A stretch of 64,000 nt of DNA from Eukaryota sp. GEM-RC1 (lineage: Eukaryota). The stretch covers positions 2,232,001 to 2,296,000 of the forward strand of contig JAUFOQ010000003.1 in assembly GCA_040285855.1 (NCBI GenBank), in the 5' to 3' direction. Shown here in pieces: positions 27,405-39,755 of the stretch. Position numbers and translations under genes: made by a program. Each line of letters opens with the position of its first letter. Within the stretch, counting starts at the first letter, position 1. The notes under the pieces are model-generated. The model worked only from the letters and a program-made list of their open reading frames with translations, had not been told where the DNA came from and did no database searches.

Positions 27405-28620
27405 CACTGATTGTTTCAATCACGAAACGCAAATGTTCCGTACCGCGGCGATTTTAGGCGTACCGTACCGTACGTACGTACGTCCGGTACAAGTACCGGT
27501 ACTGTATATCTGACCAACTAAAATCAATTGTTACTATTTTGAACATGATGATCCAATGTGAGATTTTAACAGTTACCATCGTCATAAATTCCATCGTTAA
27601 ACAATGCTTAGGATATCAATATCGTGGTTGTCACATATATTCACATTTATGGTACCTCATTTGCTGACCACCACTTCCCCAAAATGACATTGTTATGAAC
27701 GAAGCTCAATAATCGCTCGGCAGCAACAATAGTAGTAGCGTCTTCGAATCGCAATGCATTTATTGAGTGACTAAGACGTAATATAACAGTGATAAAGGGC
27801 CCAAAAACCCACAGAATGGATTACTAAACGATCAAATGATCCAGTAGCAATTTGTACTAATACCTTGTATGACTAGTGATTGATCATCCACTCAAAAAAT
27901 AGTCTTTGTAACTACATTTCGATCATTCATAAACAGGCTTTTTATAGAATCAAATGACATCGGTACGTATAAAATAAAACAGTACGTACCAAAGATTTGC
28001 GCACATTGGTTTCAATTAGTCTCACTAGAAAATTAGTCACAGTGAGTCTAATTCCGACATGAGAGTTTCAAATTTGACCTCCAAAATAATACTTTTTTTG
28101 TTTTTAACGAGAAAGATGCAACAAAAATACAAATGATTGAATTGAATGACCTTTTACAATTAGAACAACTTTTATACTGATAGGATCAAATTTAAACCTA
28201 CTTAACCATATGATTCCCCTCTCACCGATCTAAATCAAATTTAATATAATAGCTTCATTCGTAGCTTTAAGGCTCAGAGTATCTTTCAAGATCCAACTGG
28301 AGATGAGACTGGAGTTTGGCATAAATATAAGTTGACCGTTGATCTTCAAGAAATCGTGAAGAAACACAAATGTATCAAGGGCAGAGTTTATTTGTTAAAG
28401 AGATTGGTAACTTGATTTAGGGGAAGGTGTTTGAAAGAAAAATGATGACATGTTAAAAAACATTAGTGAGACTAATACAAGTGCGAAACAATTAGTCTCG
28501 GTGAGGCTATTTGCAATTACTCTCACTAGCAATTAGTCTCAGTGAGACTAATTCCGATATGTGAAAAGTGAAAATGACGTATGGTATTAGTGTCGGTGAG
28601 ACTAATCGAAACAATCGGTG
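27405..28620. mobile_element. TA-flanked MITE (Tc1/mariner-like), interrupted by a nested element
   Basis: After removing the insert, the left end cactgattgtttcaattagtctcac matches the reverse complement of the right end (caccgattgtttcgattagtctcac) at 23/25. TA at 27403-4 and 28621-2. Subterminal ttagtctc/gagactaa repeats. Confidence 0.85.
27421..28008. mobile_element. hAT-like non-autonomous element nested in the TIR of the TA-flanked MITE
   Basis: 8-bp TSD gtttcaat at 27413-27420 and 28009-28016. Imperfect TIRs cacgaaacgcaaat / caatgtgcgcaaat. gtac-rich subterminal repeats. Confidence 0.8.
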
Positions 28621-28689
28621 TATAGATCCACAAAAGCAATTACATCCTGAACTGTACCAGTCAAGTTTTCTAAACAATTGAGTGTATAT

Positions 28690-29359
28690 CAGGGGTGTGA
28701 AAACAATATTGCAATAAATATAAACTTATTTTAGCCACAAAATAAATATTGCAATTCTGAATTAGAACCAATAAATATTGCAATTCTTCAACCAATATGG
28801 CAATATTACAATATTGCAACAATATGAATCATATTATGTATATATCACAAAGAAACCCACAGATTCTATTGTCCATCATCATTAGAAGTATCGGAAATAA
28901 TCTCAATTCAATTGTCTACATCTTCGAATTTTTTACTACTCATGATATGTCTTACATTAGTTTCATCGCAAAAATCACTGTTTTCTTTCATCATTATTTG
29001 TATTTCAAGACGGGAGGGCTTCAGAGAGAATCACTACAAAGGAAAGAATTTACATTGTACTTCAGTAAACACCCAAACTGAGCTCAAATGACAGACATCA
29101 TGATAATACCACAACTAGAAATCATTACCAATAAAACCACTCTCACTATATTTAAACACATAAGACAACAAAACGGGTTTTGGAAGTCCAAATGGTGAAG
29201 CAAAACAACAAAATGAACAAGTCAAACTAAATTGGCAATATTGCAACATTGCGCTAATAAACAGGTGTAACAATAAGATTGCTCCTCAAAGAGCGGAAAT
29301 AAATTTTGGAGCAATATTGATTGCAATATTGGAACAACAATATTGTTTTCACACCCCTG
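28690..29359. mobile_element. hAT-like MITE
   Basis: Perfect 22-bp TIR caggggtgtgaaaacaatattg. 8-bp TSD gtgtatat at 28682-28689 and 29360-29367. ttgcaat subterminal repeats. Confidence 0.92.
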
Positions 29360-30443
29360 GTGTATATGCTGAAGCAATAACACAACAATATCGGAAAAGA
29401 AGCATTCAAAATTTTCTCACTTCCATATATTCTAAGCTGAAAAAGGGCAGTTGCCTGCTACATTTTCTGAATTAATAAGTGTTAACCAATTGTCGCAAAA
29501 ACGTATAGAGTTAAAACAGAACTATTAACGGAACTGCACAAATACATTGTTTCAACTAAATTCAAGAAGTTGCTAGCAGAATTTTCGTGTTCAGAGAACC
29601 GCAATGTTCGTGCAATTTTATTACAAGATGTTTAGAAATAGTAGTATTTAGTGTTCGGTGTATCAAATTTCTATACTTTGATTGTCATTATAGAATTATA
29701 AATATTTTTATGGTTGTAACGATTCTCCAACTACAAACACTATACCCACTACAAAAAGGTGAGTATAAATTTAGAACAATACAGTATAATCTATGCAAAT
29801 TACCGAAGTTACCGTGTGTGAAGTATGCTACAACACTCACACTCGAACATTCAACCTGACTCATACTATATACAACGCTAACTGGTATTGTACTTGTATC
29901 TCATACTGTACTTCGACAAATCGGAACTCATATTTTTCTACTTGGTGATGGTAGGATAAAAGTTGTAAAAAACGGTATTTTAAAAATCAAACCAAAATTT
30001 GATTGTTTTATGAATTAAACAATTCAGCTTCACAATGATCACAGCAACTAGTCTATTGTCCTACAGACGCTAAGTCGATTTCTTAATTGAACCGTTTAAT
30101 AGTAAATAGGGCTGCAGATGAATCAAGAAATTGATGCATGTATAAATTTGGTGTACATATTGTTTCAATTTGACTTAAATAGTGGATGTGACAGGAAAAG
30201 ATGACAAATACATGAAATAAAACCAAGAGTGCGTACTTAGAATTTTGAGTATTGCTGACAAAAGATGATGTGTAAAACGTCCGTCCTTTTGACCAAAGTC
30301 TGAACTGATTGGACAGACCACGTGGGTCAATTACATTGCAGTTATGTTACAAGTATTTATTAACACCATTACCTGCACGTCAATAGTATCAAAACTCAAA
30401 TACAAAGAGAACCGAATTCTTCAATAAACAAATCTTTTAGAAA

Positions 30444-31277
30444 CTAAAAATCAAAGTTCTTCTGAAGTCTTGCAATTGCTTCCAATCTCACTTCTTCACT
30501 CAAGTTATCATGTTCATCCACCCATGCACAAAGCTCGTGAAGTTGTTCTGTTTTAAAAAGTCTATTAGACACCACTGACTGAAACAACACATTATACAAA
30601 TCATCTGATGTTTTAACATTCTTCAATGATGGTAAAGGAAAACGTGATCTATCACGTGATGTAAACACGTGTTTCGGTTCAATGAACGTTTCCTTCTTAA
30701 TCTGTTTCTTTTCTGCGGATATAGTTGGAGCAGAGTAACTTAAATGCCCATTAGAAGATCGGTCATAAGAAACAGACTCAATTAAGTCTTCAATGGAGAA
30801 GTCCGGTATAGAAGGTTTTGAAGACTTCCGTAGAACTTTTGAAGGATAAACCGTTGGATCTAAAGAGTTCTTTGTTCTGTTATTGTTTGAGTGAGAGGAT
30901 TTTATCCGACGTTGCAAGTGATGAAGTTCTAGTTGGTGATTGTTCCTAATTGTGTCTGTCTGACGTTTCCTTCTGTTTGAAGAGAGATTTCTGTAACTAA
31001 GAGACTTAGGTTCACTGTTATCTATTCGACTTCTGACATTAGAGACTCTACGGTAGGTTTCATAGACTTCAGAGTACTCATTGCCCCTAACAGAGAGTCT
31101 ATTGTTAAGATCTCTAGCTGATTTTTCTGATATTATTTTTCGAGATGATGAAGGTCTTGAACTAGGAAGAGAAGATCTGCTTGTCATAAGATTGACACTG
31201 TGGTTGAATTTTTCAAGAGTAAGGAGGTCCCTACCGCCTATTGAGTTTATATCAGGATGAAAGTAACGTGGAGGCAT
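30444..31277 (-). CDS. Hypothetical basic, Ser-rich protein
   Basis: Uninterrupted ~277-codon ORF, divergent from ABCE1. No family recognised. Confidence 0.6.
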   Translation of the reverse strand: MPPRYFHPDINSIGGRDLLTLEKFNHSVNLMTSRSSLPSSRPSSSRKIISEKSARDLNNRLSVRGNEYSEVYETYRRVSNVRSRIDNSEPKSLSYRNLSSNRRKRQTDTIRNNHQLELHHLQRRIKSSHSNNNRTKNSLDPTVYPSKVLRKSSKPSIPDFSIEDLIESVSYDRSSNGHLSYSAPTISAEKKQIKKETFIEPKHVFTSRDRSRFPLPSLKNVKTSDDLYNVLFQSVVSNRLFKTEQLHELCAWVDEHDNLSEEVRLEAIARLQKNFDF

Positions 31278-31370
31278 CAAGAAAGCACTATAAGTGGGTA
31301 GACACTACTTCTTGCCACTTCTAGTCCAGTAGATTTGAACAAAACAAGATTTGCCTCTTCTCCCAAAAAA

Positions 31371-33209
31371 ATGGCTGATCTTGAAAAACTTACCCGTATC
31401 GCTATTGTCAAACCTGACTGCAAACCTTCTAAATGTTCCAGGGAATGTCGCCGTTCTTGTCCCGTTGTTCGTACTGGTATTTTCTTTCCTCGTTTGTTTC
31501 TTATCTTCAGGTAAGCAGTGTATCGAAGTCAATGCCCGTTCTAAAATTGCATTCATTTCTGAACCTCTTTGTATTGGTTGTGGTATCTGTGTTAAAAAAT
31601 GTCCCTTTGATGCCATTTCCATCATTAATCTCCCCAAAAATCTCGAGCGTGACACCACTCATCGCTTCGGTCCCAACTCTTTCAAACTTCATCGTCTCCC
31701 CACTCCTCGTCCTGGTCAAGTTCTTGGTCTTGTTGGAACCAACGGTATTGGAAAATCCACTGCCCTAAAGATCCTAGCCGGCAACCTCAAACCCAATCTC
31801 GGTGACCATTCTTCTCCCCCCGATTGGGAACAAATCCTCACCCACTTCCGTGGTAGTGAACTTCAATCCTACTTCACCCGTATCCTTGAGGACAACCTCA
31901 GAGCTGTCATCAAGCCCCAGTACGTTGACAACATCGCAAAGGCTGTAAAAGGTAACATGGAGAAGATCATTACTAGTAAGGACCAGCGGGATGTACGTGA
32001 ACACTACATGACTGAGCTAGAACTTACCCATTTGACTGATAGAGATGTCTCTCAGTTGTCTGGTGGTGAGCTCCAACGTTTCGCATTAGCTGTTGTAGCT
32101 GTCCAATCAGCTGATATCTTCATGTTTGATGAACCTTCTTCTTATCTCGATGTTAAGCAACGTCTAACTGCTGCACGTGTTATTAGATCGATGCTTGCTA
32201 TTGGCTCAAATGTATACGTCATCGTAGTCGAGCATGATTTGTCAGTTTTGGACTATCTGTCTGATTTCGTTTGTATTCTTTACGGAGAACCCGGTGCTTA
32301 TGGTGTTGTTACCATGCCTTTCTCAGTAAGAGAAGGAATCAATATCTTTTGGCTGGCCATATTCCTACTGAGAATCTTCGTTTTAGAGAGGTAGCTCTCA
32401 CTTTTAGAATTTCTGAGACCGCTGATGAAGCTGAAGTCCAAAGACATCGCCATATGAGCTATCCTGATATGAAGAAGAAGTTAGGTAACTTCAACTTGGA
32501 AGTAGAAGCTGGTGAGTTCACCGAGTCTGAGATTATTGTTTTGTTGGGAGAGAACGGTACTGGTAAGACTACATTCATCCGAATGCTTGCTGGTCTCTTG
32601 AAGCCTGATAATGATGAGGAAATCCCTGAGCTGCACGTTTCTTACAAACCTCAGAAAATCGCACCAAAGTTTGAGGGGACTGTTCAGTTCTTGTTCCATC
32701 AAAAGATTCGTGATGCTTATACTCATCCTCAATTTGTAACTGATGTTATAACGCCTCTGCAATTAAAGAAGCTTTTTGATCGTGAAGTTAAAACTTTGTC
32801 TGGTGGTGAATTACAACGTGTGGCTCTTGCTCTTTGTCTAGGTAAACCTGCTGACATTTACCTTATTGATGAACCTAGTGCTTACCTAGATTCGGAACAA
32901 CGTATCATCACCGCTAAAGTTATTAGAAGATTTATCATGCATACCAAGAAGACGGCTTTCATTGTTGAGCATGATTTCATTATGGCTACTTACTTGGCTG
33001 ACCGTGTTGTTGTTCATGATGGTAATCCTGGTACTCAGTGTGTAGCTAGAACACCTAGTACTTTGTTATCTGGAATGAATACGTTTTTGTGTAATTTGGA
33101 TATTACCTTTAGGCGTGATCCCACTAATTATAGACCTAGAATTAATAAGTGGAACTCTCAAAAGGACAAGGAGCAGAAGGGAAGTGGTAAGTATTTCTTC
33201 TTGGAATAG
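31371..33209 (+). CDS. ABCE1: ABCE1/Rli1 ribosome recycling factor (34-nt intron 31477..31510; frameshift ~32347)
   Basis: [13 protein letters not shown]...CKP.KC..EC...[26 protein letters not shown]; two [22 protein letters not shown]. Confidence 0.97.
31477..31510 (+). other. 34-nt spliceosomal intron
   Basis: gtattttc...cttatcttcag; its removal gives CPVVRTG-KQCIEV. Confidence 0.9.
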
Positions 33210-33546
33210 TTTAGTTTTTTTAGATTTATTGTGTTTTTTGATGCCGATTTTGATTATGAATGAGAAATAAAGGGTTAAGTGACTTGTTGATCAACACTAA
33301 ATGCTGTCTACTGGTTAATGTTGACTAATATGTTTGTAAAACTAAGTTCTAGACTGATGAATCCAAACTTTAAGTAAACTCTACCAGTAATGATTATACT
33401 GTATCTGTTGTTCTCAAAGTGTTAGAAATTCTCGTAATTATTGAAAGGTATATTCTTTTAAACACTCTAATGTATTTCTGTCATTGAAAAACTCAAGTGT
33501 AAGAAATAAAACAACATTGAACAAAACATTTTACATAAAAATACCA

Positions 33547-34678
33547 CTAGGCTTCAAAATCATCAGAAGCTAGACCTGTTCCATCATAATGCTGATATTC
33601 AGGGAACAACTTCATCTCTACCGCAACATCCAACTGTGGTTTCCAAAGTATCAACAGTCAAATAAGGAACTTCGTATTGAAATCCAAGGGATTCAATGGT
33701 GTCTCCATTAGCTGACAAAGGATGATTGTAAAGCAACTCTTGATCCAGGAAGGCATTGTAAGGAGTGAAATTGATTTTAGCATCACGTGTCATCACAGCC
33801 CACACGTCACCATGCATTCCGTTTACTCTGGCAGTAGTTGCCTTCATTGCAGCGGAAGCTAAACGTGATACGATTGCACTCTTAAATCCAGTTTTAATTC
33901 CAAAAATAGGTTCCAGGATTTCATTGATCTTCCGTTGATTGGTATCGTTCTTATCAACAAGGTTATAGATAGCCCCCTCTGGAGCGCTCTGAGCACAGAA
34001 CCAAGCAGCACGACAGACATCAGAGACATGGACAGTATTGATACGGAGATCACCAGACCATAGGAACTCCATGGTTTTACCAATGTATTTGTAGACAGCA
34101 GCGATTGAAATTCTAGGCATGAGCCCATTGATATCTCCAACTCCATATATGACAGCTGGACGAAGAATGACAAGAGGAAGACCTCCCATTTTGGAAAGGA
34201 CAGATTCGGTTTCTAAATGAACTGTGGCCAAGTTAGTCCAGGGTTTGAGTTTGTCTGCTTCTTTAGAGGCTTTGTCTTTGGGAGCATATATTTGAGATGT
34301 AGAGAAGTGGATGAACTTCTTGACTCCGGATCGTAAGGATGCATCCGCTGCGAGCTGAGAAGGAATCAAGTGGCGCTGGCGATAGACATCAATGTTTTGA
34401 CCGTATTTAGCATCTCCAGTCATGTTGAAAACGAAATCCCAAGATCCGTTTTCGAGAGCGAAAGCCTTTGTGATACCGGCCCCGGATCCCAAGTTGGACT
34501 GCATGTACTCCACAGATGGGCTGCCAAAAGCCTTTTGCTGTTGGGGAGAAAGATTTGCTACCTCTGGGAAGGTCTTATCAACAACACGGATATATGAACA
34601 TGCATTCGACTCGACCAAGAAGGTGACCAAATGCTTACCAACGAATCCACAACCTCCAAGAAGAAGACAGTTAACCAT
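33547..34678 (-). CDS. NAD-dependent epimerase/dehydratase (extended SDR), frameshift near the C-terminus
   Basis: LLLGGCGFVGKHL, IRVVDK, FIHFSTSQIY, ILRPAVIYG, NTVHVSDVCRA. Confidence 0.85.
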
Positions 34679-34980
34679 GAAGAGAGAAATATAATTTTGA
34701 AATCTTTCCTTTTGAATCAATCTGACAGTCAAGACAAGTAACCAAGTGTCAAATAGTGGGACTAGGACATGACACATATATGTTTGTACAACTACACTCA
34801 TGTGCTATATAGAAACTGCAAATAAAAACGAGTAGTCTAGATGTATTGCTCATACAATATACACAAATGGAGCAGCCTAGATGTATCTAAAACATCACTA
34901 TTGAACACCTCTCTTGTACAAAAGAAAGAATACTGTCCATAGAATAAGAAGAGGACTCACTAGTTCATCACAAAGTGAAT

Positions 34981-35770
34981 TTAGAATCGTACAAGTTTTC
35001 GTTCAGGAACAGCACTTGGTCGGCGGTTTTGTTGTTTACGTTCCTTTGATAGGAACACAGATTCATCAAGATCTTGTGGACAATCTCCAAACGAACCCGA
35101 TTGAAGTTGTTTGAAAATGAAAGAAGACGAGTCTGTTAGCAAATATTTGGCATCACTGTGTCTAAAGTGGATTCTCACTTGGGGCAGAAGTGAATGTATA
35201 ACAATGTCTGGTATTCTTAAGTACTCAGCAATGAGAAGAGATAATGCAGATTCGGTGATAGTATAGAAAGGAGCTTCATATTGTCCACTTGAAGAAAAGT
35301 TTTCTATATTCGTAGACTTACATAATCCAACAGTGAAATAGCAAAACCGGAGGATATTTCGCAACATCAGCGTTTCTACAGGGACATTATCTTCATAATG
35401 TAAAAACCATTGTAATGTGTAGTGGAAATTATGTTTTGGTATTGACCCTAAATGTTTCACAGGCTTGGAAAAGGGAGATTCAGATGGAGTTCTGGTAGTT
35501 AAAGAAGCTGCTGGAGATTCATCAATTACAGCAGCTCTACGAGCCCGAGGTTTAGGTGACATGTATTCGTCTTGCGGTTCCGGTTTGGGAACAAATTCCC
35601 CAGATGCAATGCGAAGGGCCTCATACATTGCATTAGATACAGATTGAAGCATTGAGTAACGTTAGTAGGAGTAGTCTGATAAAATAGTAAATTACAGAGT
35701 AAATAAGATATTTTCCTCCTTGCTAAGCCACTCATTTCCCTAGTGTGGTTATTAACAGTCTCTTCCACGC
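34981..35770 (-). CDS. Hypothetical protein (5' end uncertain)
   Basis: 223-codon ORF plus an overlapping upstream ORF; no motif recognised. Confidence 0.4.
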
Positions 35771-35846
35771 TGTTTTCTGACGAACCACAAACTCTTGCTC
35801 TCTGGGTATTTCTGTTAAAAATTAAATTCTGATTTTGCTGTTAATA

Positions 35847-37135
35847 ATGCACTTTGAATCTCTCAATATCCCCGACTTTCATAACAAAGAGCGCCTCAGT
35901 GCTCTCTGGCGTCCTCTAGATCACTCAGATGTATCTATGGTTCGTGATCTTACTTCCTTCTGGCGAGCCACCATTCTTAAATTCCTCACAACCTCTTCTC
36001 AATGTTGTTTCACTCTTTCCCATCTCAATGAAGTCTTTTCTAAAGATTCACAGTCTCCTGAATGTTTCACTGAACTTTTAACCAAACTGTGGCAAGACGG
36101 TATCATCGTTGAACCCCAGAGCTTTGCCTACTCCAGTCTTGCTCCCTTTCATTCTCGCGCACTCACATTCATACTCAAATCCCCTTTCCAGTGGATGTGG
36201 AGGAAGGTCTGGACCGGAGCTCCGATCTATGAGTCTCTACTTCATCTTCCCGTCTGTAGAACTCTTTCTCTATCCATCTATTCATGGCTTTCTTCTTCCC
36301 AACAGTCCTTCTTCACTCCTGCGTTTTCTCTTTCAATGCTATTCTCTTGGATTGCTCATTGTCCTGCTGTTCATCCTACTATTTCTTCTCAAGATTTAGA
36401 GTGTGTGGCTATTTATCTAATTAAGGCTGGAAAGTTCAAGCCTATTTTTAGTAATGATGACGTGATGATGGCTTTGGAAACACGTGGATTTTTATTGAAA
36501 AGTTATGGGATTTTTGGCTTTTCAATGTCTAATTCTACTTATTCAGATGATGATCTTCACATTTGCTTAAAATTGAAGCTTCTTGAAAACAAATTCTCTT
36601 TCCAACATGAAAGTCTTTGCCATGAAGTTGATCATTTGACGTTAGTTGCCAAAAAACTTTTAAAACAATCAAAAAGATTGAATCAATATCTGCTTTGGAA
36701 GAAAAGAGCCAAACTGCTGCAAAAATTAAATGAAAAGAGAAAATTTTAAATAACTTGGAATCAATTACAAATACTATAGTTTCTTCTTCTGAAAATGCTA
36801 TCGTACTTGATTCAATCAAATCTGGAGCTGAATTGATCAACTCTATTTGTCCCACATTAGAGGAAGCTTCCCAAATCATTGGTGATGTTCAAGCTTCTAT
36901 TGATTCATCTGACGATATTGGTCTTTCTTTGGCTCAGCCTTTAAAGACTGATGATGACGATTTAGAAGCAGAATTTTTAAAATTGGTTGATTTCGTTCGT
37001 GATCCGGAGGTTAGTCAAGCTACAGTACCAGTAGCCAATCAAGAAGCTGGAAAAATCGATTCGGGTGAGACTCATTCTCAAAGGAAACAAACTAAGAATA
37101 AACAAAGGGCGACCTCTCAAATGGTTGCCCAGTAG
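35847..37135 (+). CDS. CHMP7: CHMP7-like ESCRT-II/III hybrid protein (frameshift ~36670-36750)
   Basis: N-terminal RLSALW...FW...I winged-helix region, then a Snf7 region (KKRAK...LE...N..VLD..K.G...DDDDLEAEF). Confidence 0.75.
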
Positions 37136-37466
37136 TTCCTTTTATTAGTCTTTTGTTCGTTCCCTTTTGTTTTTTTCTCAGCAGGATACCTTAGCTAGGC
37201 TTGTGCCTTTTGTTTTTTCTGTCTAATTCGTGCGTTTAACACTTTTTTGAGCTGCAATCTGAAGAGTTTGGATCATATGCACCTTAGGTTACATGTTTCA
37301 TAAATTGTTAAATAAATTATTTGAAACAGTCTTTTGTAGGTTCCTTAGTTGAACTAAGTTAGTTCCTTATGATCAGTTTAAACTGGCCTCGATGATCTTT
37401 TAAAGTGTACATTGTTGTTTGAACAAGGTGGAAACGAATTGAATTTCAAAAATAGATTCCTCAGTT

Positions 37467-39164
37467 ATGGGCTCTGTCGTCTCTAGGAAGAGAACTGACG
37501 ATGAACCAGAGGAAGACCTAGCCCCTTTCACAACTTCTTCATCAGAGCCTTTACCCACACCTAATCTTCGTTGTCGGTTGGATTCTATCGCAAAATCTGT
37601 GACCAAGTCTCAACTTTCGTTGCTTGATGATTCGCCGAGAGCTACATCTAACTCTTTACCATGTGATTGGACTCGTTCTACATCATCAATGGGATCTTCT
37701 GCATCTACTCCAAGTTTGAGCAAATCAATGTCCGTATCAGCACTTCTACCGTTACCAACAAGATCAGTTGCATCTTCTCTTTCTCTTACATCTTCCTTTG
37801 AAGATCCCTTTGAAGTGGGGAAGGTTCGTTTCTCTATCTCTGGGATCTACAACAATGCAACCTTCTCTTCTTCTTCCTTCGGAGATTATGAACGTTCTGG
37901 TGAGTTCAGGACCCTAAACTTCTCCACTTCCTTCTCATCGGATCCTACTCCCAGGTTAAAGTCGTCACATCGCCTTTCCGTGAGCTCTGATGACGTGACA
38001 GAGCAGCCAGAATGGTTCTTCTCTCTCAATCGAATTCCTTTCGAAGGCCCATGTGAAACCACCCTAACAGCGCATTCCCCGTCCAATTCTTCCTTCAAAT
38101 CTGATCCACTTCCTTGCACACTAACCTACAACGTCTTTAAAAAAGTCACCACTCTCACTCTCTCAGACATTTCTTTCCCCTCGCCATCTCTCTTCATCTC
38201 CTCTCTTTCTTGTGACATCAAATGGAAACCTGGTGAGTTCCTTTACTTCTTTGGTGAGGCTGAGTACGACTACGATGGCTGGGGAGGGATTACAAAGTGT
38301 AAGTTGATTAGATTCGGGTCTGGTTGGAAGATTTCTCTTGGGTATCAACTCTCTGTATCCCATGATACTCTGGTTTCAGTTCATTTTCCATCAATTAGTC
38401 AAGGAGAGTCTTCTGGAACAGCTCAAATAGAAGTCGTGGCTACCAGAGTGTCTTTTCAAAGAGTTCCACCTTCTATTAATTTGACTAAATCATCTGGTGA
38501 GTGTGATTATCAATCAAATTTGACAGAGGAAGGCGTTATTTCGATTACAGTCAATGGAGAAGTTGGAGATGAGTTTCTAGACTTTCCTTTTTCTTTTGAA
38601 TTCAACGGAAAACTACGTGATCAATCAACTGACCATTTAGATAACCTTGTCATGTCTTCTTGGGAGTCCGAAGCTGATGATCTGGTAAAAGAAACTTCTG
38701 CTCTCAATGAACAGAATCTCTATGCTGAAGCTGAAGCTAAAGGTCTTGCTCTGTGGAGGTTGTTGAAGAACAATGTGCCTGCTGACCATGAACGTGTTGC
38801 TTCCGTAACACGTCTACTAGGAGAAGCTCTGTTAGGCCAGAATAAGCTCAATCAAGCTGAGGGTCTGTTACGTCATTCGGTCAATATTCTTGAGAATTCT
38901 CTTGAAACTAAGTTTGATGATGATGAGTTGAATCAGAGCTTGTCAGAGTCTTTGTTTTTGTTGGGAAGGTGTTGTAATATTAAAAACAAACCAAAGGAAG
39001 CGATGTTTTATCTTTTAATGGCTGAAGATGTTGTTTCAACCTCATTGCCTTTGAACAAACTGGTAGAGCAAACAAATGGGCTGAAGTTGACAGATTGTTT
39101 TGATGAAAAGATTTTACATTCGTTAATGGAAACTAGAAGGGTTTTGTTAGATGAGGAGAAGTAG
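37467..39164 (+). CDS. Hypothetical protein with possible N-myristoylation site and C-terminal TPR-like repeats
   Basis: Starts MGSVVS; Ser-rich linker; beta-rich middle; LGEALLGQNKLNQAEGLLRHSV is TPR-like. Confidence 0.6.
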   Translation: MGSVVSRKRTDDEPEEDLAPFTTSSSEPLPTPNLRCRLDSIAKSVTKSQLSLLDDSPRATSNSLPCDWTRSTSSMGSSASTPSLSKSMSVSALLPLPTRSVASSLSLTSSFEDPFEVGKVRFSISGIYNNATFSSSSFGDYERSGEFRTLNFSTSFSSDPTPRLKSSHRLSVSSDDVTEQPEWFFSLNRIPFEGPCETTLTAHSPSNSSFKSDPLPCTLTYNVFKKVTTLTLSDISFPSPSLFISSLSCDIKWKPGEFLYFFGEAEYDYDGWGGITKCKLIRFGSGWKISLGYQLSVSHDTLVSVHFPSISQGESSGTAQIEVVATRVSFQRVPPSINLTKSSGECDYQSNLTEEGVISITVNGEVGDEFLDFPFSFEFNGKLRDQSTDHLDNLVMSSWESEADDLVKETSALNEQNLYAEAEAKGLALWRLLKNNVPADHERVASVTRLLGEALLGQNKLNQAEGLLRHSVNILENSLETKFDDDELNQSLSESLFLLGRCCNIKNKPKEAMFYLLMAEDVVSTSLPLNKLVEQTNGLKLTDCFDEKILHSLMETRRVLLDEEK

Positions 39165-39674
39165 AAAGTGGAGGGCATTGTAAATATAATTGCAAATTTG
39201 TTGATTGTGTAGTATTTTGTATATATATTTTCTGAGATTTGGTAGTTTTGATTTTGTATGATGGATATCGTTTTTTTACCTTTAGTTTTTTTAACGAAAG
39301 TTGTTTATTTGATATTCTTTCCATTATACAGTTGACATTTTGTCCAAGTTGTCTATTCTAGCAAGTCTCCAATTGTTGGATTAACAGATCACTATTAATA
39401 GTGGATGTTCGAAGTCTGACTTAAAGTTCATCTTGTAATCACAGCACATACTAAGAAGTACCACACCGAATGTATGGAACAAAAACACTAAGTTAGACAC
39501 AAATAATGGAACTCAATATCATTAAAGTAACAATAATTGGTCAAAATCAGGGAGAAAACAAAGAGCATTGTTTCCAAGTCGAATATAAATTAATTTATTA
39601 AATGTTCACAATATCAACTACTGTGGATTTTCCAAGAAATGCATACTTTACACTTTCAAAGAAAGCTTCTTCAT

Positions 39675-39755
39675 ATACATCCCTTTTCTGCCGAAGCACC
39701 ACATTACGGCCTCCATTCAAGGTAACTTGAATTTCATCGGCCAATACATAGATAA
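39675..39755 (-). ncRNA. Candidate Fanzor omega-RNA scaffold
   Basis: Directly 3' of the Fanzor stop: GGCC...AUUCAAG-uuac-CUUGAAU...GGCC stem-loop (39708-39742), then a UGC-UUCG-GCA tetraloop hairpin (39689-39698). Confidence 0.45.
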
